DNA of 64,000 nucleotides from Candidatus Poribacteria bacterium. GTDB taxonomy: Bacteria > Poribacteria > WGA-4E > WGA-3G. This document shows positions 50,849 to 62,962 of this stretch, piece after piece. The stretch lies in NCBI GenBank assembly GCA_963663765.2, contig CAXXUA010000005.1, positions 192,001-256,000 of the forward strand, read 5' to 3'. The notes beneath the pieces were generated by a model, which did not search any database, was not told the DNA's origin, and was given only the letters and a program-made list of their open reading frames with translations. The translations under genes were made by a program, and so were the position numbers. Numbering within the stretch: position 1 is the stretch's first letter; every line of letters begins with the position of its first letter.

Positions 50849-51974
50849 AGAGATATGCATCATCGGCGGTGGTGTGATTGGGTTGGGTATCGGTTGGCAG
50901 CTTACGAAGATGGGAGTATCGGTCACTATCTTTGAGCGAAACAGTGTCGGACGCGGTGCATCATGGGCAGCTGCAGGGATGCTTGCCCCACACGCGGAAG
51001 CGCATACCGAAGAAGCTGCACTGTTGGAATTAGGCTGCAAAAGTTTAGCACTTTATCCTAAATGGGTTGAGGAATTAGAAGCAGACGCTGATATGTCCAT
51101 CGACTATCGGGTTGAGGGGACGTTAATAGTTGGTTTGGATGAGGATGATACGCAGCAACTACGTCACCAATTTGTTGCACAACAGAATTTAGGTTTAGAT
51201 GCGAATTGGTTGACAGGTCGGGGTGCGCGTGAAATTGAACCTGCACTATCTTCGCGCGTTACCGCTGCTATTCACTGCGCAACAGATCATCAGGTTGATA
51301 ACAGATTGATGCTACCAGCTTTAAAACGTGCATACCAGAAGCATGGTGGAATCTTAATTGAAAACACCTCTGTAGAAAAAATCGTCATTGAAAACGGAAC
51401 TGCAATTGGAGTTCAGACAATAAATGGAACACACAAAAGTGATGTGATCGTGCTCTCTGCAGGGTGTTGGTCTGCACAGATTGAAGGTATATCTGATGTT
51501 GTGCGTCCTCCGGTACGTCCTGTCAAAGGACAAATGTTGGCATTACAGATGGAGGAAGGCATTGCAATAAATACGGTTGTCCGCACCTTTAGAGCAAAAT
51601 ATCCCACTTCTGTGTATCTTGTTCCACGCAAAGATAACAGACTTATTGTAGGAGCAACGAGTGAGGAGATGGGGTTTGATACTCGTCTCACCGCAGGCGG
51701 TATGTTTGAGTTGCTTCGCGGGGCATGGGAGGTTGTACCCGGTATATATGAATTGCCGTTAATGGAAACATGGGCAGGATTACGACCCGGTAGCAGAGAT
51801 AATGCACCTATACTTGGCAAAACACCTATTCAAAATCTGATATATGCCACTGGACATTACCGTAACGGTATCTTACTCACACCAATTACTGCTTATGAGA
51901 TTGCAAATTTGATTGTTACTGGTAAAACGTCCGATACAATTGGATTGTTCCAATTAGATAGATTTATGAAGTAA
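50838..51974 (+). CDS. thiO: Glycine oxidase
   Basis: GGGVIG, ASWAAAGMLAP, PVKGQ and GHYRNGILL motifs. Confidence 0.95.
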   Translation: MTDKEICIIGGGVIGLGIGWQLTKMGVSVTIFERNSVGRGASWAAAGMLAPHAEAHTEEAALLELGCKSLALYPKWVEELEADADMSIDYRVEGTLIVGLDEDDTQQLRHQFVAQQNLGLDANWLTGRGAREIEPALSSRVTAAIHCATDHQVDNRLMLPALKRAYQKHGGILIENTSVEKIVIENGTAIGVQTINGTHKSDVIVLSAGCWSAQIEGISDVVRPPVRPVKGQMLALQMEEGIAINTVVRTFRAKYPTSVYLVPRKDNRLIVGATSEEMGFDTRLTAGGMFELLRGAWEVVPGIYELPLMETWAGLRPGSRDNAPILGKTPIQNLIYATGHYRNGILLTPITAYEIANLIVTGKTSDTIGLFQLDRFMK

Positions 51975-51986
51975 ACACAGGATATG

Positions 51987-52196
51987 ATGATGCATATACT
52001 TGTAAATGGTGAAGACAAAAAGGTTCAACCGAATTTGAACATCATGGAATTGATTAAACAGCTAAATATGAATCCCCTTAAGTCAGGTATTGCGGTGGCA
52101 GTGGATAGAGAGGTTATACCGAAATCCAAGTGGGAAACATTCATACTTGAAGATGGAAGTGTAGTGGAGATAATTCGTGCAGTTCAGGGAGGGTAA
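51987..52196 (+). CDS. thiS: Sulfur carrier protein ThiS
   Basis: VNGE...IAVAV...EIIRAVQGG C-terminal diglycine. Confidence 0.95.
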   Translation: MMHILVNGEDKKVQPNLNIMELIKQLNMNPLKSGIAVAVDREVIPKSKWETFILEDGSVVEIIRAVQGG

Positions 52197-52252
52197 TTTG
52201 AAACAAAATCAAGACACATTACATTTTGTGTTTAGAGCAGCAAGTTAAACAC

Positions 52253-52281
52253 TTGATATGTAGGAGGGTTGGTGTTATAAT
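52253..52281 (+). promoter_or_regulatory. Internal sigma70-type promoter ahead of the HEPN/MNT pair
   Basis: TTGATA-17 bp-TATAAT with TG extension. Confidence 0.7.
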
Positions 52282-52318
52282 TATTTTGTAGACAAATACA
52301 ATTTTTAGAGCAAGTACT

Positions 52319-52744
52319 ATGGATAATCAAGAAGTCCGTTGGATTCAGCGTGCAGGTAGTTTTGAGAAGGCGTTATCCCGATTGAAAGCCGCGGTCACCT
52401 TGGCTGATCAACGTGAGTTATCTGACTTGGAATCTCAAGGATTGATACAAGGATTTGAATACACACATGAACTTGCTTGGAAAACGTTAAAGAATTTTCT
52501 GGAAGCACAAGGACTAGCGACATTGTATGGTTCGCGTGATACCACGCGTGCTGCATTCAATAATGGTGTGATAGAAAATGGAGAAGTTTGGATGGATATG
52601 ATTGATAAGCGCAATCTAACCTCACATACCTATGATGAAGAAACGGCTGCTGAAGTGGTTAAAATTATCCGAGAAACCTACTATACAGCTTTTGAAGGTC
52701 TGTTAAGCAAACTGCATGAGCTAAAAACGGGACACAATAAATAA
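52319..52744 (+). CDS. HEPN-type protein (HI0074 nucleotidyltransferase substrate-binding family)
   Basis: GLIQGFEYTHELAWK and RNLTSHTY (Rx4HxY) motifs. Confidence 0.92.
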   Translation: MDNQEVRWIQRAGSFEKALSRLKAAVTLADQRELSDLESQGLIQGFEYTHELAWKTLKNFLEAQGLATLYGSRDTTRAAFNNGVIENGEVWMDMIDKRNLTSHTYDEETAAEVVKIIRETYYTAFEGLLSKLHELKTGHNK

Positions 52745-52745
52745 A

Positions 52746-53072
52746 ATGAAATTCGGTTTATCTAATAAGACACTTCAAAAAATGCATGCTGTATTTGCTC
52801 AATACCCACAGGTAGAAGAAGCAGTTTTGTACGGTTCCCGTGCCAGAGGTGACTATAAGAACGGTTCTGATATTGACCTAACACTACACGGTGGAGAAGA
52901 CCTTACACATTGGATTATATCCAAAATTGCTACAGACCTTGATGATCAGTTGCTGCCTTATATGATTGACCTATCCATCTACAAAAATATTAAGGACACA
53001 GATTTACTTCAGCAAATTTCAATGGTAGGTGTAACTTTCTATAAGAAAATACATGCACCATCAGAAAGTTAA
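52746..53072 (+). CDS. Minimal nucleotidyltransferase (MNT)
   Basis: [18 protein letters not shown] (GSx10DxD) motif. Confidence 0.93.
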   Translation: MKFGLSNKTLQKMHAVFAQYPQVEEAVLYGSRARGDYKNGSDIDLTLHGGEDLTHWIISKIATDLDDQLLPYMIDLSIYKNIKDTDLLQQISMVGVTFYKKIHAPSES

Positions 53073-53073
53073 G

Positions 53074-53844
53074 ATGCAAAAACTCATAATAGCAGATCAA
53101 ACTTACACATCAAGATTACTCATTGGAACAGCGGGATATCCGAATTTTCATATTCTGTCGGAAGCGATTACTGCAAGCGGTGCAGAAATCGCAACTGTAT
53201 CTATGCGACGAGTGAAATTCACGAATACACCAGAAGAGAATCTTTTTACTCTCTTGCGTGAACAGAATTTGACAATCCTTCCGAATACTGCCGGTTGTTT
53301 TACTGCTAAAGACGCAATCCTAACGGCGCAACTTGCACGAGAAGCTCTTGAGACATCTCTTATCAAGCTTGAAGTAATCGGAGATGAACAAACACTTTTT
53401 CCTGATGTGGAACAACTGCTCAAAGCAGCAGAAAAACTTGTTCAAGAAGGTTTTACTGTTTTACCCTATTGCAATGATGACCCTATCACCTGTCAAAAGT
53501 TAGAGGACATTGGATGTGCTGCTGTAATGCCTTTAGGTGCACCGATAGGTTCAGGTATGGGGATTCGAAACCCATACAACATTCAAATTATACGAGATTG
53601 CGTTAAAGTTCCTCTTATTGTAGATGCGGGTGTTGGTACTGCTTCGGACGCAGCAATTGCTATGGAATTGGGATGTGACGCTGTTCTGCTTAACACAGCA
53701 GTAGCGAAGGCACACCGACCCGTGCTGATGGCAGATGCTATGAAAAAAGCAATTGAAGCGGGTAGGGCAGCATACTTAGCAGGACGTATTCCACGCAAAC
53801 TCTATGCTTCAGCGTCAAGTCCACAAGACGGAATGATTGGTTAA
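53074..53844 (+). CDS. thiG: Thiazole synthase
   Basis: [25 protein letters not shown] and [10 protein letters not shown] motifs. Confidence 0.97.
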   Translation: MQKLIIADQTYTSRLLIGTAGYPNFHILSEAITASGAEIATVSMRRVKFTNTPEENLFTLLREQNLTILPNTAGCFTAKDAILTAQLAREALETSLIKLEVIGDEQTLFPDVEQLLKAAEKLVQEGFTVLPYCNDDPITCQKLEDIGCAAVMPLGAPIGSGMGIRNPYNIQIIRDCVKVPLIVDAGVGTASDAAIAMELGCDAVLLNTAVAKAHRPVLMADAMKKAIEAGRAAYLAGRIPRKLYASASSPQDGMIG

Positions 53845-53894
53845 CCTATCTGATACGTTCCCTGACAAAAATATACAAAAATTGGAGTCTACAT

Positions 53895-55109
53895 TTGAAA
53901 ACAATCAATACACCTTTTTGGATAGGTACACTCTTATGTGCATTACTTCTAAACGTGCGATGTCAACTAACTCATGCTCAAGAACCGCATGAATTCGGGC
54001 AGGATTTACTTCAAATTTTGCCTCAACTCCCTGAACCAGATCCGGCAAAACTCACTATTGATTCATACCTTTCTAACACATTCAACAATCATATAGAACT
54101 TGGCTTAAGTGTTGATCCTCAAAACAGCAGCCTGGCAGGACAGGATGATCCGCAACTTGAAGGATTGATAAATACATTGGGTGTTAACCTACGCGGCGAT
54201 CTACCAATTGGGGATAAAGTGAGACTGAAGTTGCAGTATTCTCCCCAATTTGATAACTACACAGGTTCATCAGGTAAACTTAATGAATTTGATGCATTTA
54301 CCGATGTTACCTCAACTGAATTGAGTTTTCGTCCTAATGCAAGTTTACCCGAAATCGTCGCATATCATCAACTTCAACGGTTGACACGCGAACTAAATGT
54401 CTATGACAACACGGACCGACAGATTGGACTCCGCTTTGGACGTTTATTAGAATACAATTTGCGTATCCACCGATTCGACGATGAGTCTGAAGGACGAGAA
54501 GACTTCCTACTCATCGGATCAACAAGCCACAAAGCAACGACCCGTTTCCAGTTTGGGCTACACAAACAGATACTTGGAAAAGTTGAATACGCAATAGAAC
54601 GTGGGGGCTACCAAACGAATCTGAACAATCTGATTTTGGGTGAAGCAGAATTTGAAGATGGACAACGTCGTCTTGATTGGCGACATATCGGTTCTGTAAA
54701 ATTATTACAAACAGCAGCGAAACGTATTGTGTTTCAAGAAGAGGTTAACCTGTTTATGAACCGTTCCAACGTTGATTACTTCAACTTTGTGAGTACTGAA
54801 GCAGCGTTAAGCACCTTTTATCGTATAGACACGGGACGATGGATGCGGCTTAGGTTTTCGCGTGTTTGGGTGCAGTTTGATAGTAGGCAACTTGAAGATG
54901 AGGAAGGACTTCCTATGGAAGACGCAGATAATAGAAATGATACGCAACTGGGGGTGTCAGCACTTATCAATTGGTCTTTCACACCAAACGTCACATTGAA
55001 TATTGACTACCAACTCATTCACAACCGTACGAATATAACAAGGCAGGTGCTTGATTTTCTGAACTATAATCACAATATTGTCAGTTTGACGTTGCGAGGT
55101 CAGTATTAG
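53895..55109 (+). CDS. Hypothetical exported protein, probable outer-membrane beta-barrel
   Basis: Signal-like N-terminus, alternating amphipathic strands, C-terminal VSLTLRGQY. Confidence 0.6.
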   Translation: MKTINTPFWIGTLLCALLLNVRCQLTHAQEPHEFGQDLLQILPQLPEPDPAKLTIDSYLSNTFNNHIELGLSVDPQNSSLAGQDDPQLEGLINTLGVNLRGDLPIGDKVRLKLQYSPQFDNYTGSSGKLNEFDAFTDVTSTELSFRPNASLPEIVAYHQLQRLTRELNVYDNTDRQIGLRFGRLLEYNLRIHRFDDESEGREDFLLIGSTSHKATTRFQFGLHKQILGKVEYAIERGGYQTNLNNLILGEAEFEDGQRRLDWRHIGSVKLLQTAAKRIVFQEEVNLFMNRSNVDYFNFVSTEAALSTFYRIDTGRWMRLRFSRVWVQFDSRQLEDEEGLPMEDADNRNDTQLGVSALINWSFTPNVTLNIDYQLIHNRTNITRQVLDFLNYNHNIVSLTLRGQY

Positions 55110-55163
55110 TGGTGTTATAATAAAAACATATAACCCATTAAATCAACATAAAGGAGTTCACCA

Positions 55164-55649
55164 ATGCGAAAACAACAAATTGTAACGAGTTACAAACAGT
55201 TCCACGTCATCACCCACGATTTAGATGAGACAGAAGATCTCAAAGCAGAGTGTAATGCACAATTGGGTATAGGCGTTCGGTTAGCTGATTGGAACGACAT
55301 TGTTGCCTATGTCAATGCAGGTGGTTCGTTGGATGACTTCATTGAAGCACTGAAGATTCCACTTGAGTATGTCAACCCTGAGGATATGGACCCAATACCG
55401 AACACATCCTACCGTATCTCTATGAATGGTGAACTACGCTGGCAAGGGGATAGACATTTTTTCTTTGCACGACACGACCATTCTATACGTGGAGACTTTC
55501 TACCACACGATGACCTTGATGACTATCACCTGACACTGGGGTCATGGGTAGGCAAAGGTGGATTTGCACTCTGCTACGGAGACCTTGAAGGTACGGAAGC
55601 ACCCCCTGAACCAGATATATCAGAACCAATAGAGACATCGGGCGGCTGA
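55164..55649 (+). CDS. Hypothetical acidic protein
   Basis: 161-aa ORF with AAGGAG RBS. Confidence 0.7.
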   Translation: MRKQQIVTSYKQFHVITHDLDETEDLKAECNAQLGIGVRLADWNDIVAYVNAGGSLDDFIEALKIPLEYVNPEDMDPIPNTSYRISMNGELRWQGDRHFFFARHDHSIRGDFLPHDDLDDYHLTLGSWVGKGGFALCYGDLEGTEAPPEPDISEPIETSGG

Positions 55650-55859
55650 GGCTGAGGCTGAGGAAGCTAATGCAGTGGCGGTGCCATTGCTTAAATACGT
55701 TTTTTCCAGCAGATGTGTTGACAAAGCCTACCCACCAGGTAGGACAGAAATCATAAAATTTCAATGTAAAAGAATACATCCTTGTAGGCGCACCTTCAAA
55801 TCACGCATACAAGGATGTCTGCTTTTGTTTAATAAATTTCTACAATGTTTCACAGGTTG

Positions 55860-56876
55860 TTATGCCCACGGTTCTAATACGACTTTACCACAATTTCCTG
55901 TACACTGCAGTTCCCATGCTTGCTGTACTTCAGTCATTGGAAAGGTATGTGTGATATATGTTTCCAGTTTGTCAGCAGATTCTTCAATAACCTTCATCAA
56001 TTTGGGATAGAAACCGAGGTTGTAGTGCCAATTCCCTCGGAGTACAAGACCTTTGCGTATCATATCTCTGCTTGCGGCAAGTGGGAATTCGCCACCCTCT
56101 CCAATGAATGTGACCTGACCTTTTCTACGTGAAGCATCCACCATCAACCGATGTGCTGCAGATGCCCCGGAACAGTCTAGGGCTTTGTCAATACCGACAC
56201 CTTTTGTCAACTCACGGATTTGATTGAGGATGTCTTCATCATTCGGGTCTAAAACGACTTCTGCCCCTAACTTCTTGGCGAGTTCGGCACGATAGGGGTG
56301 ACTTTCCACGCCGATCACACGTGCCCCACGGTAGCTTGCATTGATGATACCGCCAAGTCCTACCGGACCTAATCCTGTGACCATTACAGTATCCAAGGCA
56401 TCAACCTGCATCTGTTCCATTGCACCGAATGTCGGTCCGAGTCCACAGCACGCCATACCACCGTGTGCGTAACTCATGCCATCCGGGATAGGGAATAGGA
56501 GGTCCTCCATTTTGTGCATATACTGTGCATAAGTTGCTCCTGCAGGATCTGAACCAAGGATTTCTCGGATATTTCGTCCTCTCATACAGTGGATATGTTC
56601 ACCGACGACACACATCTGACACTTGCCACATGCATTCTGGGGTTGAACAACCACGCGGTCTCCGACCTTTACGCGACCGGGTTGTGCCACTTCAACCACT
56701 TCACCAGCGGCTTCGTGTCCAAAATGCTCTCCTGAGCGATTACCTTTAAATCCCTTATATTCCGTACACATCGGAACGGCATGGATTTTAACCACAACAA
56801 CATCCCCTGCTGCTTTAGGATCAGGTTTGTCTACTACGCCACCTTTGCCTTCACCAAACATTGCTGCTACTTTCAT
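55860..56876 (-). CDS. Zinc-binding (MDR family) dehydrogenase
   Basis: GHEAAGEV, CGKCQMC...C and GLGPVGLG motifs. Confidence 0.93.
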   Translation of the reverse strand: MKVAAMFGEGKGGVVDKPDPKAAGDVVVVKIHAVPMCTEYKGFKGNRSGEHFGHEAAGEVVEVAQPGRVKVGDRVVVQPQNACGKCQMCVVGEHIHCMRGRNIREILGSDPAGATYAQYMHKMEDLLFPIPDGMSYAHGGMACCGLGPTFGAMEQMQVDALDTVMVTGLGPVGLGGIINASYRGARVIGVESHPYRAELAKKLGAEVVLDPNDEDILNQIRELTKGVGIDKALDCSGASAAHRLMVDASRRKGQVTFIGEGGEFPLAASRDMIRKGLVLRGNWHYNLGFYPKLMKVIEESADKLETYITHTFPMTEVQQAWELQCTGNCGKVVLEPWA

Positions 56877-57095
56877 ATTTTTTACTGCATGTTCCGGTTC
56901 AATTATCACCGAAACCCGCGACCAAACTCTCCATAGTACTATATACGGATAGGTCTATCTCTAAAACAGAGTTGGTCTCTACCTCCTTTTATTTCAAAGT
57001 AATAATACCATAACACATTCAGATAAATCTGTCTACAATAAAACGAACGGTATCAGTTTTCTCTAACTTGGTGTGTAATCATATCAAACCATAAG

Positions 57096-58628
57096 TTACT
57101 TTGCTCTAATGCGACTACGTGGATAGATTAAGATAGCGTCAGAAATAGCGCGGCCTTGGTAGGTTGGCATTGGACGGATCCGACGGTTGCCACGTCCAGT
57201 ACGTGTGTTCTGTGCAGGAGTAACCTTTTGAGGTTCCTGTTTTTTCTTAGATGCGTCAGGTTTAACTTCTTTCTCAGATTGCTTTTCAGTTATACCTAGT
57301 TTTGTATTTTTTTCAGGTTGTTTTTTGGTTGAATCAACTTTGACATCCTTCTCAGGTTGCTTTTCTGTGGACACAGGTTTTGTATTTTTCTCAGGTTGTT
57401 TTGCTGGTGGAGTCTGTCTCGGTCTGTTTTGAGATGGAGCGCGAGTTGGTCTTCTTCGTTTCACACTTACCACTTCATTTCGAATGACCATCATTGATGA
57501 AAAACCGCCATCCAAATTGACTGCATCTGTTGCTCCCCAATCCAAGAAGAGTTTAGCGAGTTTTTGTAACATGACACCGCGACGAACACCGGGGTTAGCA
57601 GCAGTGATTGTCACAAAGAGCAGTGTGCCATCCGCTGTTTTTCCAACTGCTGTGCGTGGATGCCAAAAACTGTGAAATGACCGATCAAATCCTTCCTGTT
57701 CATACGACTTTGTTGTCGCTTTAATCCCATCACGTAGTAGCAAGGGACCGCCGCCGATAATATGTGAAAAATCCTTCCACAAATTGCTGTCTCCAGTGCT
57801 TTCAGGAATAATCTTCTCTTGGATTTTAACTTTATCTCCAAGTTTAACTTCTCTCAAAAGCAATCCATGTTTTCTTCCATGTGCCGATAGAACGTAACCA
57901 TCTGATGGGATGGGAGTACTCCCTTTTCCATTTCTGATGTCTGTGATTTCATTGTTCCGGACGACTACTTCAACACCGTCAGACATTGTCAAGGTCACAG
58001 AATGAAAATTAGGTCGGTAAAGTACCAGTTCGTTTCTCAAGCGACCACGATTGATTCCATCAATCGTCAGTGACGCACCGTTTGAAAATACAGCATCTTG
58101 CTGGAGAACAATCCGATCCATGTAGGTTTCTATCTGTCCATCAACATATTTGAAAGCAACCACACCGCGTCCCTGTTCGGGTTCACTCATCCACTTCCCA
58201 TCAATTTTCAATGCACCGACAGACTCCCCGCGAAAAGTGCCTGACATCTCATAGAAACCACCATTGATTGCAATGGGTGCGTTGTGTCGTTGTGCTAATG
58301 AGGGCAGGGTCTCTGTGCCAATTCCCGCGCTGAGTGCTTGAATTGGTCGGATGGCTACCGATTCAGGTTCAATAAACAGAATATTTGTTAGGACTCCATT
58401 GTCCAACATCTGTCTATGGATAATACCGGGTGAGACTTGTCTTGTTTCGTCACTCCGTTCAAAATCGGTATAGGATTTGAAATAATCTGGGATTTTGTCA
58501 AACCGCACCTCTCTGCCAACCCAGATACCGATACCGAAAATCGTAAGAAAACCGATAATTATCCAAGTGCGCGGGTAACGTCTAATAAAACGTATACATC
58601 TTTTGAGTAAGTATGTAATATCAAACAT
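57096..58628 (-). CDS. Phosphodiester glycosidase (NAGPA-like) family protein with C-terminal 13-aa repeats
   Basis: AINGGFY, GGGPLL, HPRTAVG and NLDGGFSS motifs; KQPEK repeats; N-terminal TM anchor. Confidence 0.88.
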   Translation of the reverse strand: MFDITYLLKRCIRFIRRYPRTWIIIGFLTIFGIGIWVGREVRFDKIPDYFKSYTDFERSDETRQVSPGIIHRQMLDNGVLTNILFIEPESVAIRPIQALSAGIGTETLPSLAQRHNAPIAINGGFYEMSGTFRGESVGALKIDGKWMSEPEQGRGVVAFKYVDGQIETYMDRIVLQQDAVFSNGASLTIDGINRGRLRNELVLYRPNFHSVTLTMSDGVEVVVRNNEITDIRNGKGSTPIPSDGYVLSAHGRKHGLLLREVKLGDKVKIQEKIIPESTGDSNLWKDFSHIIGGGPLLLRDGIKATTKSYEQEGFDRSFHSFWHPRTAVGKTADGTLLFVTITAANPGVRRGVMLQKLAKLFLDWGATDAVNLDGGFSSMMVIRNEVVSVKRRRPTRAPSQNRPRQTPPAKQPEKNTKPVSTEKQPEKDVKVDSTKKQPEKNTKLGITEKQSEKEVKPDASKKKQEPQKVTPAQNTRTGRGNRRIRPMPTYQGRAISDAILIYPRSRIRAK

Positions 58629-58692
58629 TTTGTGTAAAACGAGAACTTTACTTGTTCCTGTCTAAATTCCCAACACCCGCGGTGGTTTCTGA

Positions 58693-60111
58693 CTACGTAG
58701 AGTCGTCGAGGCTCATCAAGACGTTTTCTATTCTACTCTCCCATTCATCGCAGGTCGCATGGGTTCTCCGCACAGATGCACCAATATAATTCGTTGGTGC
58801 GTGGAGTGCTTCGCGTTGCGGTTCTGTCAACTTGTCCAAGAACGGACGAAAGGTCTCATCCTCCCATAGTAGTGTCGTCAGACTTTTCCCAGTCTGATGG
58901 ACTTGTGCAATCAACTTACGTGTATGGTCGTAAGCATCTGGAAACCCGTAAAATGCCATCAATAGGTAGATTGGTTCAGCAATTGTGTCCTCTGCACTCA
59001 TATCAAGGTTGCGTTGCATATTATCCGCTTTGACATCCATTTCATCTAATGCACGTCGGAGTCGATAGATTGCATAATTAAAAGCAGTAAACAATTCTGT
59101 CACGAAACGACTGGAAGCAGAATTCGTGAGATCACGTTGATGTTCTAAAATGCTATCCATAAAGACAGTCTGCATGCGTGGTACAAACGCTTTCCACAGA
59201 CTCTTTATGTTTTCATACGCCTCTGGATTGATTTTGTGTGGCATCGTTGACGAACCGACCAGTTGTGGGTTGTACTTCCTGCCGACCTCAGCAATTTCTG
59301 TGCGATAAAGATGGCGCATGTCGTCTGCAAAATTTGCAAGCACTGTATAGGCTGCGGTGACATGATATGCCACATCTGAGATAAACTCAGGTTCCACACA
59401 CTGTGTAGAGGTGTGCGTGTCGGAAGGTTTCAATCCAAGTAGTGCCAAAAAATCTCCTTCTATCTGTTCTGGATGTTCATGGATCAAGGATAATCCGTTA
59501 AATGCACCAACTGCACCCGAAAACTGTCCACGTAGATTCTGACCTGCTTCATGTATCTTTTCGATTCGTGTGCCGAGTCTGCTGATGTAGAGTGCTAACG
59601 CATATCCAAAAGTTGTCGGTTCAGCGTGTTGACCGTGCGTCCTGCCAATTTGCGGTGTCTCTGCGTGTTCACGTGCTAAAGCAATCAGTTGCTTTTCCAA
59701 AGCAATCATATCCGGGACAATCACTTTTTCAATGAGTGCCTTGTAACGCATCGCAGTCGCTGTATCTAAAATGTCTGCTGATGTAGCGAAAAGATGTACA
59801 TAAGGTCGCGCTTCTGGACTGATCTTACTTCGTATTACATTGACCAGGGATCGGATGTTATGTCGAATTCGCCTTTGTTCTTCGTAGACATCCTCAGCAG
59901 TAACCTGATCCACTGCTTTTTCAACTTCATCTGCAATTGCCGATGAACAGACACCGTAGTTTGCCAATGTACGCACCAACGCTGCCTCAACCTTTGCCTG
60001 ATATGTGACATATCCTGCCTCAGAGACGTAGGGTAGGAGTCGTTTCATGAATTTCTCATCGCCGCCATAGTATCTAAAGTCCAATGGACTGACGGCTTCA
60101 TATAACTGCAT
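58693..60111 (-). CDS. purB: Adenylosuccinate lyase
   Basis: SPLDFRY, GRTHGQHAEP, GSSTMPHKINP and EHQRDLTNS motifs. Confidence 0.93.
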   Translation of the reverse strand: MQLYEAVSPLDFRYYGGDEKFMKRLLPYVSEAGYVTYQAKVEAALVRTLANYGVCSSAIADEVEKAVDQVTAEDVYEEQRRIRHNIRSLVNVIRSKISPEARPYVHLFATSADILDTATAMRYKALIEKVIVPDMIALEKQLIALAREHAETPQIGRTHGQHAEPTTFGYALALYISRLGTRIEKIHEAGQNLRGQFSGAVGAFNGLSLIHEHPEQIEGDFLALLGLKPSDTHTSTQCVEPEFISDVAYHVTAAYTVLANFADDMRHLYRTEIAEVGRKYNPQLVGSSTMPHKINPEAYENIKSLWKAFVPRMQTVFMDSILEHQRDLTNSASSRFVTELFTAFNYAIYRLRRALDEMDVKADNMQRNLDMSAEDTIAEPIYLLMAFYGFPDAYDHTRKLIAQVHQTGKSLTTLLWEDETFRPFLDKLTEPQREALHAPTNYIGASVRRTHATCDEWESRIENVLMSLDDST

Positions 60112-60598
60112 AGAACATTTTTCTCCAAGTTTTTTTGGTAATTGTATATTAAACTGTTAAGATTGTAAAGGGATTTATTGATAGGAATATTTAGTTTTAT
60201 AAATGTTCGGATTTTCAAAAAAAGAACTCCACGGTAGTAGCGAACCGGGGAATGCCTTTCAGCATTCCCCTGGATTAGTCGATTTCCAGGATTACCTCAT
60301 CAGGTGTTTCAGTTTAGAGTAAGTGTTTCTTAGGAATAGCACACCACTGCCTAAACCTTTTATCCCGATAATCTATAGATCCTGATAATCCTCGTTTAGA
60401 CACAGGACATATACGGTTCACCCTCTCAATTTATGCAAAATTATTTACACTCTCAGCATTCCTTTTAACTTGCAGAAATCAAAAACTTTTGCTAAAATGG
60501 AAAGAAGACAACAATTCTATCATGTTTATCTGCTGACCGATATATTTCAGATAAAACTTTTGGATTTCACAGACAAATTTATATGGGAAGAAGATTGA

Positions 60599-62836
<2,238 letters not shown>

Positions 62837-62855
62837 TTATTCAAAGTTCGTAACT

Positions 62856-62886
62856 AACAGGAGCGTGAACACCACACGCTCCTGTT
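62856..62886 (+). terminator. Hairpin downstream of katG
   Basis: 12-bp stem AACAGGAGCGTG/CACGCTCCTGTT; weak U tract. Confidence 0.55.
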
Positions 62887-62962
62887 GCATTAATTCCACC
62901 TGCAACGTCAATCTTAGAAAAAGACTTAACCATTCCCGCCAGATCCTTTCATTTGGAGATCA

